A program made the position numbers and the translations under genes. A DNA stretch of 64,000 bases, taken from the NCBI RefSeq assembly GCF_009914755.1, contig NC_060939.1; one strand, given 5' to 3'. Below, one piece after another: positions 51,561 through 64,000 of this stretch (its first letter is position 1; the number at the start of each line of letters is the position of its first letter). The DNA comes from the human T2T-CHM13v2.0 reference genome, Homo sapiens. Under the pieces are notes generated by a model that saw only the letters and a list, made by a program, of their open reading frames with translations, ran no database searches and was not told where the DNA came from.

Positions 51561-54489
51561 CTACTCTGGATGCCGGCCTGATACATCCTGGTGCCAAGTG
51601 GCAACTGGTTTCCCCTGCAGAGGAGCAACAGAAGGGGCAGCAGAGTCCTTTTTCACCTTGGAACACGCTGAGGATGGCGTCAAGAAAGCCAGGTTTAAAC
51701 CAGGTCAGCCAGAAGGGTCTGTCTAAAGCACAGCTGAGCAAGCGCCATTCAAGCCAGGATTCTGTCAGTACAACGGGCGTGTCAGCGACAAAGTTGAGTG
51801 AATGAAGTTCATGCCAAGTATTCATTGAGAAGGCTGGGCAAGATAGGTCCAGGTTGGGGAAGGGAAGAGAAAACGATGAGATGAAGGTTAAAGGAAAGGA
51901 TGACTGGGTGTTCCTCTAGGGCATCTTTTCCACAGTAGGGCTCTCTGAGCATACTTAGCTGTTTGTGCAGGGGCCCTAAGACACTGGCTATCAGTTGATA
52001 TGCTTGCATTTGCAAGATTCTCACTTAAAAATAAAAACTTAACACTCACCTTGAATACTATGCCTGAAATATAATTAAGCCATCACCAGGAGATGAATTT
52101 GCCAGGACTAAGGCTTGAGGTCTGAATAAGTAGGCTTCTCCTATGTGGCTAAGTTAAAAGTTAGAGTGGTTCCCCCACTCCCATTCACATGTGGTTTCCT
52201 ATTTTTTAAAAACTCTTAAACAAGCTAGGCATAAATAATAATCAGCACTCCAAGTCCTCTCAGCCAGGCCAAGTTACCATCCAACTCCATTTCCCCTCTC
52301 CCTATTTGAGGTCTCCTTGTTCCATATAAACTGTTAAATCTTTGATCCTACAACACATTTCATGTATTTCTCTGCACACACCTTTGTTTCCTTCAGCCAT
52401 TTCCTATCCCAGAATATCTTCTTCCAGTTTATCTAAACAAAACAGTTCAGCACATAAAAAATTATAAACACTTGGGTATCATTTTGAAAACCATTTCAAC
52501 TTCAACATTATTAGCATAAGGTTTAGTTTTAGACCTTGGTAATTCCAGGAGAGAGGGTTTAAATTATTAGACCTATTCCAAGCCAGGATATAAAACCCTT
52601 TCTAAACAGGTACTCCCCCAAGTATGGTGAAGGGAAGCATAAATTATGTAAGTCATCTTACAGCCCAGTCAAGCAAAGCATAGTTTTTTTTGTTAAAGCT
52701 GTTTTGGCTGTTTTGGCACACTAACAACTAGCTTTGGAAATTCTATACCTAAGAAGTTAGGCAGAATTATGAAAAAGCAAAGAAAAAGCACACAAATTAG
52801 CAAAATATCTGGCTACAGCACATACTAATAAAACAACAGAAATATATGAATAGCAGACAGATCAGATTCAGAGAGAAAATTTAGTAGGAATGGATATCAA
52901 ATGTGTTCAAAGACGCAAAGCCTGCAAAATGAGATAACTAGGTCTGTTTTTCTGACAATCAATGTTTATAATTCCATGAAAATTTTTGAAGTATCGTGGG
53001 AGTACCTATAGGTGCTGTATAGCTCTGACTTGCTGGTTAAAGCTTAGTCAGTGAGCTATGGAGCACTGTACATGCATTCAGATCTGCATCTGCATCCCTG
53101 TAGAGAAATCCCACTTACCTGATTTCCCACAAAGAAAGCTGTTTCAGCTCTTTGGATTCACACTGGGAACAAGAAGTGCCGATTATCTGAAAGTTCAGAC
53201 TAGGAAGCAGGTGAATAAAAAGGTATTCCCTCACTCAACACATGCCCCAAGAGTTTTGGTCAATGCAAAGAGCAGAAGCCAGAAGTCTTCTTAGAAATCA
53301 GCTGCTACTAAAAGTTAGTGTAAATACTGAATACAGAGCACTAGAAAAGGGAGTGAGAGCGTTGTGTGCTGCAAACCATTCTCTCTATCTTAGGTATGTG
53401 CTCCTTTGACAATTTATTGGCTAGTACAGCCTGTTTCCTTTCTTAACAAATTGTAGCCACAAATATATTATGTCTAAAGAATTTTGAGACCCCTTCGAAA
53501 GGGAGCTTGATCCAATCCTCAAGGCTCCAGGCACTTTCAGCATCAGCAGAGAGCTCTCCAGGAAGTCTGGCGGGTGGAGGCTGGATTCCCCCAGACTGAA
53601 ACCCAAGAACTCTCTCATTAGAGGAGTCTGACTCAAGTAAAAGGCCTGCGGAGGACACAGACCAAGGACAAGCAGGCAGACCTCTGTGAGGAGCCAGGGT
53701 CCGGAGCAAAGCACAGTTTTTACAATCCTCAAGAACCTCTGCCAACCCAGCCAGGCTACTTACCTCGCCTGTGTCTATGTGAACTAAGGAAACAGTGTAA
53801 ATTCCCCTCTCTTCCCAGAATGACTGAGTAAATGCTAAGGCTTGTTAACAACTGCCAAGAGGTTTCTACAGTATTCAAGGGCAGACTGGATTCACTCTGG
53901 CATCGGAAAAGAGGTTGAAAGAGATGATGGCATATCAGAAGATTAGGACGATAGAGGAAAGTTTTCATATCTAAGCAGCAGCAAAACAATGAACAAAATA
54001 TATTGAAGTGAAAGACGAAGTATTTTACCAACAAAATCCTATGGAGACAAAGCCTGTTTTGTGTGCCCATCATCTGTTTTCAGTCATCTATTATCTGCAA
54101 GAGTTAAGTTTGTCTATTTCTACTTAGTACATGTGGAAGGCAAAACGAAGTAACAGATGCTACACAGGAGAAGCCAGGCTCACATAATAAAGAGTTTTGA
54201 GGCAAGAAGGCAGAATTCATGGGCCTCCTTTACTCATGGGCCCACTAAAGGCGACTCAAATTGCTACTGCATGAAATCAGGCTCACCCTGGGTATTGGCA
54301 GAGGTACGTTAAGTTTTCTCTTCAACATACCCTTATCTGAAACCACGCTACGTGTACTCTTAGACAAGAAGACGAGCCAGGCATGAGACAAAGCGCACAC
54401 ACCTTAAATCAATAAAGGATCCTAACTTTCCTGTAGGAGATAGCAATAAAAATAACAATAATAATAAGGACCCTGGTTGGTGATGGGCT

Positions 54490-54655
54490 TTACCACCTAC
54501 AAGCCTTATTCAAATCACTTAATCTCTAAGTCTTGTTTCCTTATCCTATAAAATTGGGATAATAATACCTGCCTCAGAGGATGTGGTAAGGATTAAATGT
54601 GATAATACGTAACAAATGCTTGCCTTACTGGGTGCTCAAAGAGCAGTTGCTAGTA
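54490..54655 (+). mobile_element. MIR
   Basis: aaatcacttaatctct...gtttccttatcctataaaattgggataataatacct...gtaaggattaaatg. Confidence 0.7.
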
Positions 54656-57600
54656 TCATTTAGGAGAGGATGAGAGAGTCAAATGTTATTCTCTGAGGTT
54701 TGGGATTCCCCATCCCCTTGGTAGTTAGGTGCAGAGTTTGTGCTATGTGATATGAGATCTGGTATATTTGTAATTTGCATAACTTGGTATGTGTTGGCTT
54801 TGTAAGTATTCCTCGGTTGTCTTCGTATGAGCACATTTTGATACTCTAATTACAATGCGAGCTTCTAAAATTGCAAACCCATGGCTTCAATTTCCTTTGG
54901 ATTTTTCCAAAAGACTTCAACAAATGTTGACGGAGCCCCAAATAGCTCATATACTCAAGGACTTGGATGCCAGAAGAGGCCCTGGAAATTGCCTAATCCA
55001 CGTCCCCTGCATGCCACAGTGGAAAGAGCCCAGTACTGGAAGTTAGATGTCCCACCCCTGTGTGACCCTCTCTAAACCATATAACCTCTCTGGGTCATAA
55101 TTTCCTCATCTGAACAATAGGGATCATGCCATACTACCCAACCCCCAGAGTTGTTGTGAAAACTAAGTAATGTATTCAGAAATCGTCAGCCAACTGAAAT
55201 ACAGGGAGTTTTCATCAGTATTATTACAGACTAGAAAACAAAGTCTCAAGAGGGTTGAGTGATTTGCCCAAGGTCACCCAAAACCCCAGTGATGAGTGGT
55301 CTGTCAGGGAGGGGCTTTAAAATAATGAGTATAAGTGCTAAAACAAAATGACTTGTCTTTTCAAGCCAATTAGTGATTTCCTTAAAACTAGCTGAATGTG
55401 CAGTCTTTCCCTTCCTGGCTCTGCCCTTTGGAAATGTTCATTACCTTCTGCTACAGGGACACCTAGATTCTAGAGTATGTGTTTTTGTAGCCTGGGCAGA
55501 GTCAGAGCAATCACCTACTAAGGCCCTACAATGAATGTTAATGCTTTAAACATTTATATTATTTAAAAATTTGTGAATAGGCAATATATTCAAAGGGTTC
55601 AAAAATCAAGAAGCATAGAAAATATTCACTGAAAAGTCTTCCCATAACTTCCCTCTGCCCAGTTCCTATGGCCAAACAGGTAACAAATTTATTGGCACCC
55701 TGAATATTCATCCAGCAAGGTTTTTATGAAAACACAAGTAAATAGAACATACTAAATATCAATTCAAGCTCCATTACACTCAATTCAAAATTTTAAAGAA
55801 TCATATTTACCTTTTTTAGACTTTATCAACAATTTTTGATTCATCCACTGAATAAACAACCTTCAGATGAAAATTTTCCTACTCTCAGACTATGGAAAAA
55901 GTATCTCTAAATTAAAGATTTCAGCTCCTAATTTAGCGTATGTTTTTACTCATCCTTAAAGCTCATCTTGAAATGGTTTATACTGTCAATATACACAGCA
56001 GAGCAAATATGAAGGCAAGTCATTCTCTTGGGCAAGCATTCTGGAAGAACTATTTAGCACATAGCTTTCCCTGGAAATGGGGTCTTAAGGCTTATTGGTA
56101 AAAAGCCCAAATTTTAGTGTCCATAAGAACCACTGAGGAACTTATTGAAACGCAAATCCCTGGACTGAACCCTCAATAATTTTGATTCTGCTGGGGGCCA
56201 GGAATCATTTTTGCTGAGTAACCCTGCCAATCATGACGTAAGTTGTCAGTAGATCACATTTTGGGCAACACTGGACTGGATGTTAGAAGAATGGAATCAA
56301 GCCTGGACTCCCATCAATTAGCTCTGTGACCCCTGGTTAGTAAGCTCAGTTCACCGAAACTCCTCAGAACCCTCTACAAAAAGCAGAGATTGGGCCAGAA
56401 TGCTATAAAGTTCCTCTCCACAGGTCCGTGCTGTGATGCTGGGACATCTTCAGTAATTTTGGCAGACCGTAGGCCACAAAGAGGCCATGGATTACTGTGA
56501 TATATCTACTTCAGGGAAACTTTACAATTCTGAAAGAGCATGTAACACAGTAACCCACAGTTTTTCTTTGCTTTAATAAAGTTATTTTGTTGCCCAATGG
56601 TGGCCATGTTGTGTATTACAAATAGGGAATTGAGTCAATGTAAGAGAACTCCAAATGGAATACCCTTTTGTGCATGGGCATGAACGTTTTAGGTGTCGCC
56701 ATCAGCAAAGGGAAATGTGAGTGCCTTTAAATTAACTCAAGTCTTGGATTCATTAAAAACAGAAACATATTTTTAAAACCAAAGTATTTTCATTTTCAAG
56801 GACAAAGATTGCTATTTTTTAGAGATTGCACTAGGTGGTGATGCCAACTAATGGACTGCCACTCAAACACCAGCATGCCAACTTGCTCGCTGGCAGGAAA
56901 GCTCTGCCTGCCCATGGTTTGAGGAAAGCATCTTCCCTACAGCTGGGGTCTTCCAGTCTAAACCAGGCAAGGAGAACAGCCCACACAAGCTTTCTGATTT
57001 AATTTAAACTGGAAGGGAAACATTTATGTATTGTTTTAATCAATAGTTTGGAGGACTCTAAAATTTGTAATGAAACATTCTAAATCTAATTTTCATTAGT
57101 CTTTTATTTAAATGAAGAGATTGTACCAAAAGAAGATGTTTTTATCTATTTGTAAAGTCCTTTAGAGGAGGATTATATGCCCAGTACCTAGTACTACAGT
57201 CCTTAGCACAGACTATGTCTTCAATAGATACATGAGAGACAGTGAATGAATGAACAGATGAACAATCAAATGAACCAAGATGTTTTACTCATAGTCCTGT
57301 CTAGAACTTCTTCATGAACTAAGTTTTATCATCAATATTCATTGAGTACCTACTGTCTGCCAGACACTATTCTAGGCACTGAAGATATGGGTGAAAACAG
57401 GCGGCCAGCTCTCCTTTTCTGAAGCTAACTTGAGAGAGAGAAAGAGACTTTTAGGTAAATATTTTTAATGGTAATGTGATAAAGAGAAACTAAGGAAGCA
57501 ACACTGGAGAGGAAGGTGAGAGAAAATGAAGGGGTTAGGTAAATAAATTAATTAATGAGTATCATATGAAGGAGATTGCCTCTTGTAAATCAGCTGTCCT

Positions 57601-60600
57601 GCAGGGAGCAGGCAGGGAGGAGGGAAAAAAACCCTATCTATTAAATCTGTTTTGAACAAACAGATTGAGAAGCCATATTTCACCAGGTGAACCACTGCAA
57701 AGCTACCAAGTAGCCTAAGTTCCAAATATATACATTTATAAAACAAAATATTTTAAAAATTTCCAAGCAATTAAGCCTTCAAGTGTAAGTTATGTGTATT
57801 TAGCCAACTCTCCTGTGCCATTCTGCAAACGGGCGCTCCCCATGTATTTGGTACTCTTTCCTCGTGGGTATCACTCTGTTATTTGACACTCTCTACTCTC
57901 TCCTCTATTCCCCACATCCTGTCTAGCTTTAGAGCTCCACGTGTGTGCACATCCTACAACGATTTGTTTCCCCCTGTTTTCTGGGGAATACTGAAGAAAG
58001 GTGCAGAGCCGTAGAGGCACAGTCACCCCTGAATCCAGAACAATTTTAAAAATGCAGATTTTTTGTGATACATTTTAATCTTGATATATTTCAAAAAATG
58101 CTCTGAAAATGAGACTTGGAGATGAAGTTTGATCTCTTTAGTGAGCCAGCTATGTAAAAACAGTGCTCAAAATCTAGAAGGGCCAACGAGCAGGTATCAC
58201 GCATGCTCTGCACTTCACCCTTTCTCTTTCCAAGCATCTGGATCCTTTTATATACTATATTGTTCCAGTGGGTGGTCTGGAAGTTTTAGGGGAAGGCTGT
58301 AATGTTTGGTATGGGAGGCAGGCATGCAGAAAGCTCAAGAGTGACGCTGTGGCTGCCTCACCATAGAACAATAACCCTGTGATTAGCTGAACTTTGCTCA
58401 CCCATCACCTTCATCATCACACAGACACCAACACCACCCTGACTATTCAACAGTCACTTGAGAAGGCTTTTTATTGTATAGGATTATTTGTTGGACAGCA
58501 CCCCTTGCAACCAGATCAATAAAACAAACTTATTAGAATCAACTGCTGGGACAGGAAAGCATTTCTGTGATACAAAGCCAATGCGGTTTTGTGTGTGCTT
58601 TGTTGTGGGGTCACAGAAAAGACACTTTGGGGAGAATTAAGTTGAAGTTTCTGGACTCAATGTCTCTGTCTAAACTGCTTTCAGTGATTCAGGACTTTTT
58701 TTTTTTGTCTAGGTATATCTTTGCCTTCTCAAATGCTTATTGTCTATTAATATAAAATTAATTTAATTAATTAAAAAGCAAAAATCCCAGGTGGCCCTCA
58801 CATATCGATGAAATAAATATTTATAGTTGCACAACTACATAATAAATCCTAGTTTCTCACTATCCTTCATGATAAAACTAGAACTGCATTCTCAGAGAAA
58901 GGTCCCAACAGAAACTTGGCTTGGAAGGAATTAAGTTAATAAACCAAACTTTTAGTGGTTGGTATTTAAAAGGATGCCACGTGGAAGAATAACTGCAGAA
59001 ATGGGGGAGGTATCTCAGAGATGAATGTCACCTGGGTATCTGGTCTCACCTTTCCCCCAGGCTATCTAAACAGACCGGCCTAACTCCAGAGGTAATGAGT
59101 TCATCACCATGAATGTGCAAAGCACAGTAATCATGATTACTTTCCTATGTACCAAGTATTAGACCAAGTGCCTTACATATAGAATCTCAATTCATCCTCT
59201 TTAAATTCCAGGCGAGAAGCATAAAATGATTACCACTTTACGATGGTAATAATTCATTGGGGGATATCATTTATTGCTCCCCACCCACCATACCTTGGTC
59301 AGATAAAGATCTAGAACTGAGCTTAAGGGAAACAGCTGTCTCTCACCTCCCCTATTCCTCCCCAGACCCAGCAAAGTGCATGGTGTATAGTAAGTGCATC
59401 ATACATATTAAATAGATACATGAAAAGTTCCCTTTCTCCAGAGAGAAATAAAGCTAGAAATTCTAAGCTTTTATTAATTTTATACTTGTGGTCTTTTCTA
59501 ATTCAAAAAAATTATGTGGCCTTTGTAGAACATTCAAAAGACACAAAAAATTAGAAATCAGAAAATGAAATTCAACTATAATCCCACCACCCAGAGTGAA
59601 CCACTGTAAACATTTTCATCTGTGTTTTTCCTAACATTAATGAACATATCTTAACACATAACACAATCATGTGTTAGTTAATTAAAAACAAAAGGCCTGC
59701 CAAGCTGACCCCATTATTACTAAATGAATAAAAGGAAACCCACCAAGTAAAATATTGTGCCAAAAATAACAGAAATACAGTAAGTATATTATTTAAATGA
59801 TGTTCAATGTGATAAAAAAAAAAAAAGAAAAAGAAAATGCTAACTTTCCACTAATCTCAGCAAATAAAAACTCCTATATATTTTGTAGACTTCAAATGTC
59901 TGTACCCAGGGAAACCATTACTCAACAGTGTATAAAACGAAAAAGCTGTTTTGAAGAATGAGGGTACTACAAACTCACAAAACTGATACTCTTTATCTTC
60001 AAGATTCTAAACTATTTTAATAAATTCCTGGGGCAAGAGTCTGTTCTTAAATTGAATTGAATAATGGCATCTAATGCATGATTTGCATTTGAGCCTGAGG
60101 AATTAAAAATTTAATAGAGCAGCTGAGTATTTTAAATCTTTTGGAAGAATTGAAAAAGAAATATGAACTCTTACACACCCTGTAAACCAGAATTTTTTTC
60201 TTACCCTAAGAATATGTTATTCATGTACTCTGTACATTAGGTCAAATATTAGTCACTTTCTTTGGAGGCTGACCAAATGCCTCCACCCTTCATTGCAGAG
60301 TTTGCTGTAATCATCTGTAGTAAGAATAGCAGAATCACACTAATATGTGCTGAAGGCTGAGGATACAGCCCCTGGAGGTTTTGACAACACATTTCCACCA
60401 CAGATTTACCACCCTTTTCATTTGCTTTTAAGCAACAGGGGAAAAAGTTTCAAGTATCTCAGTAAATAAAATGAAATATAAAGGACAATGACATCATTTC
60501 AACTTGGCTGAAATTGAAGCCTTTCAGCTATTTTGTGTCAACTTGAATTTCATAATATAAACACCTATTTTACTTGTGTCTCCACACTTTAAGCAAGCCA

Positions 60601-61109
60601 GTTATTTTTTTAATTGGATTTCCAACTATAAAGTTAAACAAGACCCCCACCCTTTCTCTTCAAGACTTCAACATGGAAAAACCTTTGAATGTTGACACTA
60701 ATCTTCCTGAATCATCCAAAATTTAGTAAAGCATGTTTACTGTTACTTTTTAACATTATGTTAAGAACTGTTGTAGCATAAAACTTTGGGTTCATGTTTT
60801 ATTAGGTTTATACAAAAAGAAAATGCAAATGAAACCATAATTCTCCTTTGACATGGATGCTTAAAATCATAGACTGTGAGATCTGGAAAGGACTTCAGAG
60901 ATCTTCTAGTTCAACCCCTTGGATTTATAGAGGAACAGCTGGAGACCCAGAAAGGTCACAGGCCAAGAAAAACAACTGATATCTAGAGAATCCTGACAGC
61001 TGAGTAACAATCCAACAATCTTGGAAAATCCAAAATATGTCCCAAAGCAATTTATGACAGGGTTATTTAAAAATCACATTTACGTTGCTGTCTGCATTGT
61101 TTTTCATAG

Positions 61110-61280
61110 CCTTGGCACTCAAAGTGTGACCTGTGGCCCAGCAGCAGCCGCATCACCATCACCCGGGAGTTTGATGGAAATGCAGAGACTCAGGCCCTGC
61201 CCCCAACCTGCCAAATCGGAATCTGCTCTTGAACAGGATCCCCAGGTGATTTCTATGAACATTAAAGTTTGAGAAGCATG
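61110..61280. mobile_element. MER5A
   Basis: ctcaaagtgtg...gaaatgcagagactcaggccctgccccca...atcggaatctgc...gatccccaggtgatt...aaagtttgagaagc. Confidence 0.8.
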
Positions 61281-61649
61281 GGTTTACACCAGTGCTTTAC
61301 ACCAGACTAAAAGCTGGTTCACAGATTTGTGAGAACTGTTTTGTGTCCAGTCTGTGATGAGGTAAACACAGAAATTAAGAGTAAACCTTTAGGAACGTTT
61401 TTATCAATTTCATGGAGTAATTTAATATAGGCTGAATATAATTCATCAGTGGGGCTTTTATTTGTATATTTTTGTATGACTTTTCTAGTAATTCAGTTTT
61501 ATTATATTTTTAAAGTATCAATTCACAAGATAAGAAATGATTTTTAAATGAAATTTCATCATAGATAGAGAAACACTGTTGTGTACCATCCTTCCTTCCC
61601 CCTAACTGAGACCAGTTTAAAAAAAATAAATTGGCTCACTTCTCAACTT

Positions 61650-62186
61650 TTCTGTGAGCCAGGATTACCCTGATACCAAAGCCAGACGAAGACATGAAAA
61701 GAAAACTACAGACCAATATTCCCAATGAACAGAGACAGAAAAACCCTCAACACAGAACTATCACACCAAATCCAACAATATATAAAAAGAAGTATTCACC
61801 ATGACCAAATGGAATTTGTCCTAGGAATGCAAGGTCAGTTTAACATCTGAAAATCAATTAATGTAATACACCATATTAATAGAATAACAGACAAAAACCA
61901 CATGATCATCTCAATAGATATAGACCAAGCATTTGACGAAATCCAATGTCTATTCACGATAAAACTCTCAACAAAACATAAACAGAAAGAAACTACCTCA
62001 ACCTGTTGAAGGGTACCTACGAAAAACCTACAGCTAACATGATACATAATGGCGAAATAACAAATGCTTTCTTTCTAATATCAGGAGCAAGATAAGGATA
62101 TCAGTTCTTGTTACTTCTATTGAACATTGTTCTTGGGGTTCTAACCAGTGCAATGATGCAAAGAAAAGAAATTAAAGTATACAGAT

Positions 62187-62281
<95 letters not shown>

Positions 62282-64000
62282 CTATCTTTATTCCAAGACA
62301 ATATAATCCTGTATAAGAAAATCCTAAGGAATCTACCAAAAAAAAAAAAAAAAAGTCCAGAAAAGTCACAGAATACAACATCAGTATACAAAGAGCAGTC
62401 ATAGTTTTATATACTAACAATGAACAATCAGAAAATTAAATTACAAAGCAATTCAATTCACAATTACATCAAAAGGAATAAGATTTATAGTAATAAATCT
62501 AATGACAAAAGTGCATAATTTGTGCACTGAACAAAACATTGCCAAGATAAGTCGAAAAATCTTTAAATAAGTGGAGAGGCATTCCATGTTCACAGAATGG
62601 AAAAATCAATACTGTTAACATTTCTTCACAAATTGACCTGTAGATTAAAGGTAATCTTTATCAAAATCTCAATGCAATGTTTTGTGGAAACTGACAAGTT
62701 GAAGGTAAAATTTATATGGAAATGCAAAGGACCCAGAGTAGCCAAAACAATTTAGAAGAAGAAGAATAAAGTTGGAGGACTTCAAAACTTACTACAAAGC
62801 AACAGTAATCAAGAGACTATGGTACTAGAGTAAGAACAGAGATTAGATCAATGAAACAGAATAGAAAGGCCAGAAATAAACCCTTCTGGTTACGGCTAAC
62901 TGATTTTCAGCAAAAGTGTCAAGGAAATTCAATGAGAAAAGATGGTCTTTTCAACAAATAGTACTAGTAACATTGGATATGGATATGTACATGCAAAACA
63001 GTTGACCCTCACCTCACACCATATACAAAAATTAATTCAAAATGGATCACAGACTTAAATATAAGAGCTAAAACTATGCAACTTCTAGAAGAAAACATGA
63101 GAAAAATTTTAAGATCTTGGGTAGGCAAAGAGTTCTTAGATAAAATATCAGAAGCACAATTCATAAAAGAAAAAGACTGATAATTTAGACATCATCAAAA
63201 TTAAAAATGTTTATACTTCAAAAGGCGCCATTACGAAAATTAAAAAGACAAGTCACAGGCTGGAAGAAAATATTTCCAATATCTGATAAAGAACTTGCAT
63301 TAAAAACTACAAGGAACTCTTACAACTCAATAAGAAGATAACCCAATTTTAAAAGCCGGCAAGACATTAGAGTAAACATGTTACCAAAGAAGATACATGA
63401 ATAGGCACATGAAAAGATGTTCAACACCACTAATCATTAGGAAAATAAAAATGAAAACCACAGGACATCATTTCACATCCACTAGAATGGTTATAATGAA
63501 AAAGAAAGACAGTAAAATAGTTGTGAGAATATGGAGAAACTAGAACCCTCACTCATTGTTTAATGGGAATGTAAAATGGTACAGCTACCTTGGAAAATAA
63601 TTAGGCAGTTTCTTAAAAAGTTAAATATAAACTTGGCATATAATCCAGCAATTCTACACCTAAATATCCACCCAAGAGAAGAAATACATATGGTCAGACA
63701 AAGACTTGTATGTGAATGTTAATAGCAATATTATTCATAATAGCCCCATACTGGAAACAATCAAAATGTCCATCAGCTGGTGAATGTATGAACAAAATAT
63801 GATATATCCTTACAATGGAATATTACTCCACAATAAAAAGGAATAAACTACATGCTACAACATTATGCCAAGTGAAAAAAGCCAAATATAAAATAATATG
63901 TGTTATAAGATTCTATTTATTTGAAAGGTCCAGAAAAGGCATATCTATAGAGACAGAAAGTGTATTAGTGGTTGCCCAGGGCTCTGGGAGAGAGCAAGGA
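61650..64000 (+). mobile_element. Degraded L1M (L1MB/MC-like) ORF2 to 3'UTR, about 2.3 kb, continues past the window end
   Basis: attaccctgataccaaagccagac, ggaatgcaagg, atgatcatctcaatagat, ggtcttttcaacaaat, aatgtccatca, atagagacagaaag...gtggttgcc; many stops and frameshifts. Confidence 0.9.
62187..62280 (+). repeat. (GAAA)n tetranucleotide STR, about 23 units with one GAA interruption, inside the L1
   Basis: 94-nt pure purine tract. Confidence 0.95.

Noticed and set aside
62101-62420. Phe/Leu/Ser-rich transmembrane-like ORFs
   Set aside because: Translations of the (TTTC)n repeat
61650-64000. L1 ORF2 as a functional reverse transcriptase gene
   Set aside because: 5'-truncated, full of stops and frameshifts, and interrupted by an STR

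Overview
Primate (human-like) genomic DNA lying entirely within the fibrillin-1 gene FBN1, which is transcribed on the minus strand. Nine coding exons can be delimited to the base by GT-AG boundaries: exons 7-15 of the 66-exon numbering (6-14 in the legacy numbering), about c.539-c.1837. They encode hybrid domain 1, cbEGF1-2, TB1, the proline-rich region, EGF4 and cbEGF3-5. Every exon is a multiple of 3 with phase-1 junctions. Positions 32015-64000 are part of the very large upstream intron (intron 6). The introns carry ordinary mammalian repeats (4 Alus, L1PA/L1M, L2, MIR, MER1A, MER5, MLT1, LTR16) and microsatellites; repeat family calls are by eye. I see no novel gene. The signals most worth testing are post-transcriptional: (i) two adjacent cryptic exons with consensus splice sites in intron 6, one in frame (207 nt, 69 aa) and one carrying a stop codon (222 nt); (ii) a candidate intron-8 terminal exon and poly(A) site that would give a short secreted N-terminal fibrillin-1 ending after cbEGF1; (iii) a young, CpG-rich 10 x 54-bp minisatellite beside it; and (iv) inverted Alus bracketing frame-symmetric exon blocks, which could support circRNA formation. 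All four are inferences that need RNA evidence.
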